Shown in pieces: positions 13,345 through 25,512 of a stretch of DNA of 64,000 nucleotides. How positions within the stretch are numbered: position 1 is the first letter of the stretch; every line of letters begins with the position of its first letter. A program made the position numbers and the translations under genes. The DNA lies in contig JAUZTB010000107.1 in the NCBI GenBank assembly GCA_034780895.1, forward strand, positions 67,042,385 through 67,106,384, read 5' to 3'. The notes beneath the pieces were generated by a model that worked only from the letters and a program-made list of their open reading frames with translations, searched no databases and had not been told where the DNA came from. This DNA is from Rhynchobatus australiae. Lineage: Eukaryota.

Positions 13345-13768
13345 CACTGATGTGATGAGAGGGTTCAGAAGAGGTTTACCAGGACGCCGCCTGGAATAGA
13401 GGGCATGTGCTATGAGAAAATGTTGGACAAACTTGGGTTATTTTCTCTGGAGCAGCGGAGGCTGAGGGGAGACCTGACTGAAGTTCATAAGATTATGAGA
13501 GTCATAGATAGAGCAGACAGCCGGGGTCTTTTCCCCAGAGTCGAAATGTTTAATACTAGAGGGCAAGCATTCAAGGTGAGAGGGGATAAGTTCAAAGGAG
13601 ATGTGCGGAGCAGATTTTTTTACACAGAGAGTGGTGGGTGCCTGGAATGCATTGCCAGAGGTGATAGTGGAGGCAAATATGATTGGCATTTAATTACTAG
13701 TTTAATTAGTTTGACACTACATCATGGGCCGAAAGGCCAGTTCCTGTTCTGTACTGTTCTATGTTCTA
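13345..13768 (+). mobile_element. CR1 LINE 3' end
   Basis: YEKMLDKLGLFSLEQRRLRGDLTEVHKIMRVIDR followed by tail gggccgaaaggccagttcctgttctgtactgttctatgttct. Confidence 0.92.
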
Positions 13769-13771
13769 AAA

Positions 13772-13851
13772 ATGATCTGTATCGATGGTATGCAGAATAC
13801 AGATTTTCACTGTACCTTGGTACATGTGCCAATAATAGACCAATTTATCAA
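13772..13851 (+). mobile_element. Rex1-like LINE 3' tail
   Basis: ttttcactgtaccttggtacatgtgccaataatagacc; near-identical tails at ~17930, ~23795 and ~57775. Confidence 0.6.
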
Positions 13852-14564
13852 TTAAAAAAATGGACAACAAGGAACAAGATTTGACAGAGCCAATTTCTAC
13901 CACAGTAATAGAGAAAGAAACAGTATTCTTCCCTACTATATGGTTCTCCTAACAGAGTTTGGCTTAAAGAAAACTGCAAGCTCCTTCTTAATTTCAAATA
14001 ATCATAAATCTTCATAATTACAACTGAAAGAAATATTGTCTTTAGGAAAAAAAAGGTAAACATATATTGCCCTTTAAGGAAGGAGAGGAATAGAGATATG
14101 TATCATTTTGAGGGTGATATGCATACAATATACTTCTATGCGATTACCATTGTATTGTGGCACATTTATAATGAAATAATAATAGCCTCACAAAAAAATC
14201 ATGAAGATAATACATGTTTTTATAGCTTTCCTGCATTAAGAGATTTGTAAAATAAGTTTTATTCCTCCTGTTGGGATAAAGGCAGTAACATTTTTTCCCC
14301 AGTGTTTCTGTCATACACATACATAGGAGGTGTTCAGGTTTTTAGGACCATGTGTAATCTCAAATTCCATTCAGGCTTCTGAAGTGTTTCAGTTGATAAT
14401 CCAATCACACTGGGCCACATTTTGGTGTGGCAGTGAATCCCAATGTAGGCTTGCTCTTGCATAGTTTAGTTCTTTAGTTTTATCTCGCAGGAAGCTCCTT
14501 AATGAGTGATGAAAAAGCAAAACGGCATCAGCTGCTGGAAGTCTGAAACAAGTGAAACAATATA

Positions 14565-14992
14565 GAGACACAAGAAATTCTGCAGATGCTGGAATCTGGA
14601 GCAAAACACAATAGGTGCTGGAGGAACTCAGCAGGTCAGACAGCATCTATAGAGGGAAATAAAAGAGGCAACGTTTCAAGTCAAGACCCTTCATGAGGAC
14701 TGGAAAGGAAAAGGGTAGAAGCCAGAATAAGAAGATGGGGGGAGGGGGAGGAGCACACACAGGCAAGGGGATAGGTGAGTTCAGGTGATGGGTGAGGGGG
14801 AAGGTAGGTGGGTGGGAGAGGAGGGAGATGTAATAAGCTGGCAGAAGAGACAAAGGGCTGAAGAAGGAGGAATCCAGTAGGAGAGGGCAGTGGGCCATGG
14901 AATAAAGGATGGAGGAGGAGAGGAGATGAGCAGGTCATCAAGACGGGGAAAGGGTGGGGAACAATGTAGAGCCATGGCAAGGAAGATATGTC
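14565..14992 (-). mobile_element. Penelope-like element terminal fragment
   Basis: agacacaaga..ctgcagatgctggaatctggagc...acgtttcaagtcaagacccttca followed by a purine-rich segment. The same motif occurs at ~990, 22646, 43290, 58310 and 61780-61980. Confidence 0.65.
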
Positions 14993-15239
14993 NNNNNNNN
15001 NNNNNNNNNNNNNNNNNNNNNNNNNNNNNNNNNNNNNNNNNNNNNNNNNNNNNNNNNNNNNNNNNNNNNNNNNNNNNNNNNNNNNNNNNNNNNNNNNNNN
15101 NNNNNNNNNNNNNNNNNNNNNNNNNNNNNNNNNNNNNNNNNNNNNNNNNNNNCAGGTGCAGAAAGGTAAATAAAGAGAGGGAAAGAAAGATTGGTTTGAA
15201 GGGAAAAAAACAAAATCAAAAGACAAACAAAACAAAAAT

Positions 15240-16670
15240 TAGAAGAGACCAATTTTGTGGGGAGCAGCTAAAATTGCCCTGGGATTTACACCAGTCTCGA
15301 AGAGGGAAGGTGCGGTGTGGTTCTAGCAGGTGTTGCCTGTTGTTCTGGGGAATATTTCAATCTGGGAGACATTCAAGAATGGCAGAGCATTTAGGAGATG
15401 AACCCCCACTGATTTGTACACTGCACTGAGGCATGAGGTGGAACCGGGAAGAGATGTCCTGTTACTACTGACTTCCAATTTGCCCACCGGACACAAAATG
15501 AGAAGGCAGAGAGAGTAGGTAGCTGTGAAAGTCAATCCCAGGACCTGACATGATCGCAGAGGCTGATGCATCTCGCCAACTGCAGCACCAGCCTCAGGCA
15601 TCGTTCAATGCATTTCACCAATCATCCAACTACCAACTGTCTCCGTCAGTCTATGTTAAAGGAAGCATTCAAATGCTCTCGCCTTCATACCCATACTTGA
15701 CAGCCTATACACACTGAACACTGCCCAGCCACGATCCCAACACATGGGCGACGGTCACTGATACACCTCCCTCCCTTCTTCAGGATTAGTCAATGGACAA
15801 TCAGGGGCAGCAGCCTCTAACATGTAGGAAGCACAGCTACATCACTGGAGAGGCCATGGGTGTTTGTGACAGGGTCCAGGGCTGGGTTCAAAGATACTGA
15901 TATCCTCCTAGCAAATCATCCTCCTTAAATCCCAGGACCCTTCTCCCCACATCACTTCTGATTAACAAGCTGTCAGTGGTGTGAGATGCACTCCTCATTT
16001 TCCTCTTCTCTCTTTACCACAACCTGTCCTGTCCCAGGCAGCTGAAGGACAAGAAGGGAGTGAAGATGAAGGCAGGACCATCGTTTGATCTCAGGCTCAC
16101 ACCACTGGCTCAGAACCAATGCTTTACATCATTTAGAGGATGGGTCAATAAAGCAGGATTTGGTGCCAATAGAACTCACTGCCTTCTGCCCCCACCTGCC
16201 CACACTTTCCCAGGGTGAATGAGGAGAAGGGGATGAGCTGCCTCTCCATCTCTAGGAGCTGGGCAGCGAGGCCTCCATGGTGTGTAAGCCCCGGGCAGCC
16301 TAGAGCTGAGGCCTCTCTGCCAGGTGCCCGTGATATTCAACCATTAAAATGGATATAAATGTTTTATTTAAAAAAGAAAATTAAAAACATAAAACACTGA
16401 TAAAATTACTAAAAACATTGAAACAAAATAAATAACTTACCTTTTTTCTCCTGATATATATGTTGGAGATAGCCATTCAAATGAATGAGGATCCTGGTCC
16501 TTCACCAGATCCAGCTGGGATGGGGTTAGTCAGGAGGATTCCAGTGCAGGGAAATCTCAGCATGTTGAGCCTCTGCCACTGGACTCCACGTAGAGTCCAG
16601 CAACAGGGCAGACTGATAGATGCCCTGGGGCTTCCTTACCTGCGAGGGGGTATCTAAAATTACCTTAGAG
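15240..16670 (+). mobile_element. Decayed PIF/Harbinger-like element with Myb/SANT-like ORF remnant
   Basis: Broken frame near 15380-15560 (MAEH...gaggtggaaccgggaagagatgtcctg...gtagctgtgaaagtcaat) resembling EVERRRDVL...WEQVAxxVN of Harbinger SANT proteins. Confidence 0.4.
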
Positions 16671-17715
16671 GCAGTATTGATTTTTGATGACCACTAGGAA
16701 ATAATCACCTGCAGGCCAGTGCCATCTGGACTTGCAAATACACTGCCAACTCATCAGAGGGCAAGGCTGAACATGACTTCTGCAGCAGATAACTACATAA
16801 AAGGGTGGTGCACAGTGAAACTCTTAACCTGATCCAAAGCCTGCATGCAATCTCATAGATCTTTGAAAAGTCTGATGTGGTTGTGCACACCGCTAAAAGG
16901 TCAAATTTTGCAGCATGGAACTTATTGTCTTATTAAGAGATCTGTGGATCCAGTCTGATGGGCAGTAAGTCATTTCTATGTATCCCAAGCAGAATGACTG
17001 GCAGTTGCAGTGGAAGCTCAGACTTCTGCTATCATGGCTTCAGGTACCAAACTTCAAAGGAGATTGCAAAATCCCATTCAACAGTCTATGTTCCAACAGA
17101 ATGTAGGGAGGGCAGTGTATCTGTGTAGGACAATTCTGTTTTGCTTTCATTTTAAATTCCACCCATGGCAGTCCATCTCTATCTTGTTGCCTGTAAGCTG
17201 TCAACCAGCTAGCTGTGCCATTGTCACAGTTGGGAGCCAGAACTCTCATCCACTCAAAGTGAACTGACTTGCACCAACTATGCTTCAGCCATGGGGTGAG
17301 TACTGTATGCAAGCACTATGACAGGCAAATGGTCACAGAAGACAGACACAATGTAAATGTACAAGAGGGATTAGCTGATGTCTGTATGCTCTTTTTATCA
17401 TGCTTCGATGTGTATATTTGGTTTGGAATGTTCACTGTGCTGGCTTTTATCTTGGTGTTGAGCCCTAGTGGATAATTTGAGGGAAAGGACAATGTGGGAC
17501 TATAGGTAAATGCGGAACTGGATTATTTTTATTTGTAGCACAGTCCAATTAGTTACATACAGTTAGCAGGCTATCTAACTCCTGTCCAGTCCTCCTCTTC
17601 CTTCTCCTCCTCCTTTCCCCCTTCCACTTATATCAAAACTGCTCACTATAAAACTAGAGTCATGATATGGCCACTCTATATACTTTTGCCAGCAATACTC
17701 CTTTATCAATATCAT

Positions 17716-17983
17716 AACCACTATCATCCCCAAGCAAGCTTGTCACCAAACTCCGAGACCTAGGACTCAACACCTCCCTCTGTAACTGGATCCTTGACTT
17801 TCTAANNNNNNNNNNNNNNNNNNNNNNNNNNNNNNNNNNNNNNNNNNNNNNNNNNNNNNNNNNNNNNNNNNNNNNNNNNNNNNNNNNNNNNNNNNNNNNN
17901 NNNNNCTGTATGATCAGTTTGTAAGACAAGCTTTTCACTGTACCTCAGTACAAGTGACAATAATAAACCAATACCAATACCAC
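17716..17983 (+). mobile_element. Rex1-clade LINE: RT fragment, gap, 3' tail
   Basis: SKLVTKLRDLGLNTSLCNWILDFL before the gap; cactgtacctcagtacaagtgacaataataaaccaataccaatacc after it. Confidence 0.8.
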
Positions 17984-18409
17984 TGTGATTCATGCCATAA
18001 ATGTGTACATATATCAGATTGCAAGATGAAATTAATTTAGCATCAGTGATAGGCATTTTATGTATGCTAACTCTGAAGAATGTAACAAAATAAGCTTGGA
18101 AATGTTAAATCCAGTTGTTATTAAGTAAAATAGGCCAGTACAAAATTACTCCTAATTAAGCATTAAATTGCCAATGAATGGTGTGTGAAGTAAAGTGTAA
18201 AAACATTGCATTAGTGCTATTGGGAATACACTTCTCAGATTGAGGTTAAGCCATAATATTGGATTAGATAGGCAGGTCTATATTCAGTAACTACTGCGCA
18301 CTTCATCAGAGAACGATCAATGTTAATACTAAACTTCCAAATAGGAAATTCAAATTGAAGTTGAAGTTGACATGTCTAATGCCCATCACTTTAATGAGCA
18401 AAGAAATTC

Positions 18410-18441
18410 ACACAAACACACACACACACACACACACACAA
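18410..18441. repeat. (CA)n microsatellite
   Basis: Directly visible CA run. Confidence 0.95.
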
Positions 18442-18529
18442 ATGCATCCCAAAAGGATCACAGAATTAGAAATCATCAGATACAATTAATGAGAATAATA
18501 GTGGATTAGGCTCTCTCCAAATGAATTAA

Positions 18530-18693
18530 AATCAGAATCAGATTTATTATCACTGACATGAAATTTGTTGTTTTGTGGCAGCAGTGCAGTGCAAAAACAT
18601 AAAAATCTATATATTACAATAAATAAATAGTGCAAAAGAAAAGAATAATGAAGTAGTGTTCATGGATTGTTCAGAAATCTGATGGCAGAGGGG
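18530..18693 (-). mobile_element. Rex1-like LINE 3' tail
   Basis: aatcagaatcagatttattatcactgac...ttcagaaatctgatggcagagggga. Confidence 0.6.
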
Positions 18694-19162
18694 ATCTAAT
18701 GCGCTGGAAATTGATGGGAAAGACCAACAGTCCTGAGCCAAACTGTCAGCATTTTAGCTGGAAGATCACCACCTGTTGGTCACTCTCCATTAGCCATTCC
18801 CTGTTTGCAGTTCAATATTGCACATCTCATTGGTATGAACGTGCTTCCAATGGACAAGGATAAATAAAAGTAATCTACATTCTTTTGAATTAATTTTGTC
18901 CACAAACACCTTTGCATAATTAAAGGTATCTTTAAATGTTTTAATTTTTTTCCCTAAATTTGCAATAATTTTGAATATTTTAACCCATTCAGAACATTAA
19001 GATACATTCAAATTCCTCGGTAGGCTTTACAATTGGCAAAGTTTAGAATTATAGCTTAGCCAGCTGTTGAAGGTTTTTTTTCTGATATTTAGTGATATGA
19101 TTTGTCCAGGACTGCATATGTGGTGGTGTTACATCACACAAAGTCCTGTTGCTGCACAGCGC

Positions 19163-19276
19163 CAGGGCACTTTGGATCAGGAAGGCATCAGACTGGAAAT
19201 GTGTGCGGTATATTTCCAGCCTGTTGCCTTCCTGATCCAACATGCCCTGAGTCAGGAAGGATCAGGCTGGAAATGT
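19163..19276. repeat. 41-bp-stem hairpin with a third, direct copy of part of the arm
   Basis: 19163-19203 pairs with 19209-19249 at 35/41 Watson-Crick positions, loop tgcgg. tcaggaagg-atcaggctggaaatgt recurs at 19252-19276. Confidence 0.9.
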
Positions 19277-20360
19277 TCTGCACACAGTGACTCAGCCCTG
19301 GTATCGCTCCAGATGTAGGATTCTTTAGTTTTAACCTGGACACAATTTTAAAATTAAGCCCCATCAGTACCATTCTAGAAAGCTCAGCACCCAGAAAGAT
19401 AATAGAATACATCTTGTGGTTATTATGCAGCAAGAAGTGATAGATATACTTGACTATAATGGCAAATAAAGACAAGGAAATACATGTTAATGTTATAGCA
19501 CTTGGTGACCAGCAGCCAATGTAGATCAGTTTGGGTAAAGAGAGAGTTGCACTTGATTGGAAACAGGATAGAAGCACTTGAGTTTTGAATGAAGCAATGG
19601 CTCCAAGGGTGGGAAATGGAGACCACCCTAGAATGGAATCATCAACTCTGGAGAAAATGGAAGCGTGGATTCTTCCAGCAACAACGACCCAGGCTAAGGC
19701 AGAGGTGGAGTCAGGTGACTCTTAACTGTCACTCAACCACCTCCTCAGTTGCTGGGAAATTAGGGAAGGACTATAAATGCCAGTATTGCCAGCAATATTG
19801 ACATCCTGTGAACAAATACGTAAATACAACAATAACAAGATGGGTCTTTTTGTGGAAACATTGTAAGGTCAGAAGCTCTGGACCACATAGGAGGCGATGA
19901 ACATGAACAGTTTGATGCAACCTGAGACACCTCAGAGGAAGGCTTTGATGAGAGGACAGAAGAGGGTGGCTGCCAAACGTGCCTGAGAGAGCATTGACCG
20001 TGAGGGAATGTTGGAAGCTGTGAGGGAGTGACCTGGTCCAAATGGTGAGTAGCAGAAATCAAATCAAAATCTTTTTTTAAATGAATAATCAATTTAGGAA
20101 TTGGATCTAGGGATAAATCAAGAGTAAAATAATTTGTTAACAAATCAACAAAGTGATTTTACTAATCTCTTCATGGACGGGACATGCTGATGTCAGTCTC
20201 TTAGCTCCTCTGGCACCTTTACCACTCTGGCTAACCTCTTGTGCCATATCACAATCATAACAGCTGTTGGGAGCACCAAATCACTTGGTGTGGGTCTGGG
20301 TTCAAAGTGTATTCTATTAAAATAGTCCATTTTAAACTCAAACCCCATTTCACATTTTAC

Positions 20361-20534
20361 CTTTCTCCACAGGTTCCGAATCATCTGGATAATATCCATA
20401 GTCTGAGGTCATTGAACTTTCCTCCAGATTGGGTCCAGGAGTGACCATCTCAACAGCACCTCCTCCTGAGGAGGTCTCCACAGCTTCACTGGATGGACCC
20501 AGGACTAGAGATTCCTGTATTTCAGATGCAAAAC
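20361..20534 (-). CDS. SNORC: SNORC coding exon 2 (ectodomain (G)FASEIQESLVLGPSSEAVETSSGGGAVEMVTPGPNLEESSMTSDYGYYPDDSEPVEK/G)
   Basis: Acceptor tttatgtttccag|, donor aaag|gtaaaa. 174 nt, phase 1/1, open. SSGGGAVEMVTPG resembles the remembered human SNORC PSGEGPVESTSPG glycosaminoglycan region. Confidence 0.9.
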
Positions 20535-20984
20535 CTGGAAACATAAAGATCTGCAGATGAAGTTCACTATTTTAAAGATGCAATCTCCTCCTGTCTCATA
20601 CTTTCTTCAGGTCGAATTGACAATTGGAAGCTATCACCGATTTTATATCTCTACAAAATTGGTATTTTGATGCTTTCTAATAATTCCAATGATGTCAATT
20701 ACCTTTCTCTATGATAAACAGAGTGCACAGATGGAAAAGTTGCTCTCAAGAAACGTGGACCTCATTGCAATGAATCAGGGCTGAAAGGAAGAACATTAAA
20801 TCTAGCTGCATTACCATGCTCAGATGGCCTCACTAGCTGGAGGTCTGCTCCAATTTTCACACCATCCTAACCTGGTAATAAATCACTGGTCATTCATTGT
20901 CATGGGGTCTAAATCCTGGAACTCCCTACCCTACAGAACCATTTGAGTATCTTCATCAGAGAGACTTGTAGTTCAAGAAAGCAA

Positions 20985-21757
20985 CACAAGTAGATAGGGT
21001 GGTAAAGAGAGCATATGGCATGTCTGCCTTCATCAGTTAGGGCACTGAATTTAAAAACTGGGATGCTTTATCAAACCAGAGCTGAGTAAAATAGAGGGCT
21101 ATGGATAAGCCTAGTAATTTCTATGTTAGGGACATGTTTAGCACAGCTTTGTAGGCTGAAGGGTCTGAATTGTGCTGTAGTTTTTCTATGTTTTTATGTT
21201 TCTAATTTTGCAGCTGTATAAAACTTTGGTTAGACCACATTTGGAATATTGTGTGCAGTTCTGGTTGCCACGCTGTTGGAAAGATGTCGAGGCTTTGGAG
21301 AGGATGTAGTAGAGGTTCACCAGTATATTGTCTGGATTAATTATAAAGAGAGATTGGACAAACGTGGATTGTCTTCTCTGAAGTATCAGAGGCCGAGATG
21401 CAACCTGATGGAAGTATTTAAAATTATCTAAGGATAGGGTAGATAGTCAGAGCCTTTTTCCTAGTGTGGAAATGTCAAGTACCAGAGCCATAGGTTTAAG
21501 GTGAGATGGAGAAAGTTTAAAGGAAATTTGTGAGGCAAGTTTTTTTTAAAGCACAGAACGGTCGGTGCCTGGATCATGCTGCCAGAGAAGGTGGTGGAAG
21601 CAGATACAATACCAATGTAAGAGAGGTATTTAGACAGGCACATGAACAGGCAGGAAACAGAGGGATACAGACCAAGCAGGTAGATGGCATTAGTTTTGAT
21701 TGGAATCATGGTCAGCAAGGATAGAGTGGGCTGAAGGGCCTGTTCTATGTTCTATGT
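20985..21757 (+). mobile_element. CR1 LINE 3' region with a second CR1 tail nested at about 21070-21205
   Basis: [17 protein letters not shown]-like coding remnant; tail gggctgaagggcctgttctatgttctatgt. Confidence 0.88.
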
Positions 21758-22914
21758 AAAGTGGCTCATCACTATCTCCTCAAGGGCTATTTGGGATGGG
21801 CAATAAAAGTTGGCCTTGTCAGTAATGGCCAAACTGGAAAAAAATAAATTTAAAAATTAGTCGATGATGGGGTTAAACTCCCTTTATTAAACTGAGTTAA
21901 TAAAAGCAGGTTTTTTTTCCTGCCTTGGTTTAGCCTACTCACTGCAGATCACAAGTTTACACACTGAGCTTTCTTCAAAGGTACGGCAACATGGTTGAGC
22001 TGCCAGTCAAAGCACATTCACTAAAACATCACTGAATCCCACATTCATCAAACATAAGAAGTACACCAATGGAATCAGAAAGATACCATAGAAATAGGCC
22101 ATCTGTCCCAACTGGTCTATGGTGGTTCTGCTCCACAGAAGCCTGCTGCCACATTAATGGCCTGCATCACACCCTCATTGTAACTGTCCATTCCCTTCAA
22201 CCAAATGAATGCATTGTTTATTAGTTCTTGAGTTTATCAATACTCATGTCTTCAAACACGCCAACTGACAGTAAACATCAGATTTGCACCATTCTCTGTG
22301 GAAAGAAATTCTTTCTGAAATCTTTATTAGATCCATTGATGGCTATCTGTCAATGATGTTGCTTTGTTTTGGACTTGACAGAAACAGGAAACAGTTCCTC
22401 ACCATACACCATATTGAAAGCCTTCCTAATTTTAAAGATTTCTATCAGTCTGCTCAGACTTCCCCGATAGCTCTCATTTCTGGTAACCTTCTTCAAGGCT
22501 GGGCAATAAATGCTGTGCTTGACAGTGAAGTCCACATCCTGAAAAATGGATGAATATTTCTTTAAAAAAAATCATCAAAAGGGTTATTAAAACTTGATCT
22601 TTGAAAGGGACCCAATCATTCTGTTTCTTGATATACTATCAATTAAGACACAAGAGACTGCAGATGCTGGAACCTGGAGCAAAAACGAAGAAATGCAGGT
22701 TCTCAACCCAAAACGTCTACTATTGCTTCTCCTCCAACAGATTCTGCTCAATTCCCTGAGTTTGTCCAGCTGTGTTTTACTATCAATGCATATTCATAAG
22801 GATGTTATAACAATGAATTTAATTTCTATGCTATTACGAAACAACAAGCAACAGGAAATAGATTAGTGTGCAAAATCATCTCATCCACAGAATAATGCAT
22901 GCTTAAGAACATAC

Positions 22915-23460
22915 ATGTCAACATACGAATTAAGAGCAGGAAGAAGCAACTCTGCCCCTTGAGTCTGCTCTACCATTCAGTAGGATTATGGCTGATCTGA
23001 TCATAATCCCAACTCCTCAGTCCCATCTCAAGTAACCGTTCACTTCCTTGCTTTATCTAGAATCTAGCACCACCTTGGAGGAAGAAAGTTCCAAAGATTC
23101 CTGACCCTCTAAAATAGAAAATGTTCACCATATCTCTGCCATAAACATGCAACCACTTACATTCTAGATTCTCCCACAAGACGAAACATAAACAACATTA
23201 ACTTTCCAAGTTACAGGCTGCACCTGCATATGAGCCATTTGTGAATCATGCACTAGGAACCCAGACTCTTCTACTTCTCAGAGCTCTGTAATCTCGTACC
23301 AAATGGATAAAATGTTTCTTTTAAATTTTCCAAACAAAACGGACCATTTTATATTTTCCCACATTACACTCTATTTGTCAGATCTTTGCCCTCTCAGTTA
23401 ACCTATTTATATCCCCCTGTAGCTTCCTTGTGTCATCTTCACAACTTATTTTCCCACCTG
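22915..23460 (-). mobile_element. Old CR1 3' fragment
   Basis: ttaagagcagga...cttgagtctgctctaccattcagtaggattatggctgatctg, the reverse-complement CR1 tail. Confidence 0.7.
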
Positions 23461-25259
23461 CAATGCACAAGGAGGATATTCAGCCAACAGACCCGTATCA
23501 ACTCTTTGAAAGAGCTATATAAGTAGCTCCATGTCCCTGTTTCTTCTCCCTTGCCTCTTTCTTTTATTTATTTTGTTTGAGGAAAGTGGAGTCAGCTGAA
23601 ATGATTTCCCACAGAGAAATTTCAGTGCGTCTTTGGTGCGGTGATCAGAGCGAATAGTTTACTGAGTACGCACAAGAAAAGTAAACCTGTAGGAGGTTAC
23701 TCTTTAATGTAAAATCAATATCTGTGGTTCACTGAAACATTGGCACAGACAACAAAGGCCATCAATTGACCTGTACAATCGGTTTGTATTACAAGCTTTT
23801 CACTGTACCTCGGTACAAGTGACAATAATAAACCAATACTAATACCAAGCATCACTGCTGATCCTGCAAGTGCCCTATTTCACCTGGCACACAGCATGGA
23901 GCTGTAGCTGAAACATCAATTTATTAAAAATCATGTTTATTTTGTAAGAAAGAGAAACATCTGCAAGTTTGAGGACATTTCTGGAACAAACTTGTAAAAA
24001 TATTTCAGCTCATCTACCACATGATCTACATTGCAAAAGATCTAGGAATGAACTATTATTGCNNNNNNNNNNNNNNNNNNNNNNNNNNNNNNNNNNNNNN
24101 NNNNNNNNNNNNNNNNNNNNNNNNNAACACCTTCTTGTTCAATGAACCAAGTATCACAGAAAATCCTCAAATTTCTACAAGTGTGACAAAGTGGCTATTT
24201 TGATCATAAGTTGTAATAAGTGAATAATACTGTGTGTTCCATTGGTGACTTTATCTTCCTGAATGCAAGTTGAATAATGTTACTCTGAGTTTTATGTATT
24301 TGTAGTTGAATTGCCTCAGACTGAAAAGTTATTTCTGATCTTCTATCCTAATGTTCTAGCCTCATTTAATAAACTTCTGACAGCTGAGTCAACAAAGTGA
24401 GTTTAATGGCACAAAAATAGCATTCCATTTCCTGTGCTGTATTCTTCCTGACAGCTCCTAACCTTGCTAGCTGAAGAAATTAACCACTCTATTTTAAGTG
24501 ACTCCTGAACTAGCAGAGTCCCATAAATTAATGCAATTTGCATTATATTAGAGAACGTCAGTGTTTACCAGAGAATTTAATCTGTTTGGTTGGACAATCT
24601 GGTCAGATTATTTACAGTCTGCAATGTGTTCAGCATCACATTATGATCTTGTAGATACCCTAATGTGAATAAATCCACATTACTCTGCAAACATATCAAA
24701 CTGCAGACCTATAAGATTTGCTATCTAAAGAACCAGTTCTAGTGTTGTACAATTCACAAACATTGATTTCAACTGATCTACAATTTCTTGAGATATACAG
24801 TAAGTCATCTGTGCTAGTTTTATCAAATGCTGGAAGCATTCTGGAACCAAAGCTATCGCCCTTCCAGTCAAAATGATCCAGCACAATTTTCTCGCAGGGT
24901 TATTCGAGCAGAACTGTTGGTCCCACGGAATTGAGGATAATTGGCTTGCATTTTATCTACAGTTTTATTTCCTTTTGAGTTAACTGAAATGATGTTTTTT
25001 AATCGCATTGAGGCAAACATGACAATCATAAATCCACAGAAACCAGGCAGTCTTCCCTCTGAGGACAAACTGAACTTAACTCTGACTAGCTTCAAGATTA
25101 GACATGTTACACTGTTTTCAGTGAAGGATATTAAAAACAAGCACGGTCTCCTTCAGTGTGACCTCAGTAAAAGGCCATATAGCACTTGTCCGTGGTAGCC
25201 AGCAATATTCACTTACTATCAGTGCCCAGGTCACAACAGGGTTGCCAGCCAATCTCACG

Positions 25260-25512
25260 GATTCAGTGAGTGAGCGAGTGAGTCTGATCAGCGCTCCCAG
25301 CTCTGCTCGGCTCGACCCATCTCCCGAATGTCGTGGCTTGGAGGGGGAAGGGAGAGGGAAGAGAAGGCATGCTGAAATGCCCTGTTCCCAACTGACAGAA
25401 GATGCCTGCAGTCCAGCAGCAGCCAGCAAGTCCATCCCGCCAGTCTCCTAAATGCTGGTTTGTACGTACAGGGTGTCCGTAAGTTGGGTGTTCATAACCT
25501 GGGGAGGATCTG
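25260..25512. mobile_element. Tigger/Tc1-mariner-like non-autonomous fragment (one TIR visible)
   Basis: Ends gtccgtaagttgggtgttcataacctggggaggatctg + TA, similar to the right end of the 30071-30402 element. Confidence 0.5.

Noticed and set aside
20350-20544. Track ORF MFPGFASE...KGKM as a standalone small protein
   Set aside because: It is SNORC exon 2; the ATG and the stop both lie in the flanking introns.
20703-20765. Idea that SNORC is pseudogenised by a frameshift in its signal-peptide exon
   Set aside because: An intact signal-peptide exon with correct phase and a strong Kozak context exists at 38382-38454.
25118-25451. GC-rich segment as SNORC promoter or first exon
   Set aside because: It ends in a Tigger-like TIR, and the true first coding exon is at 38.4 kb.
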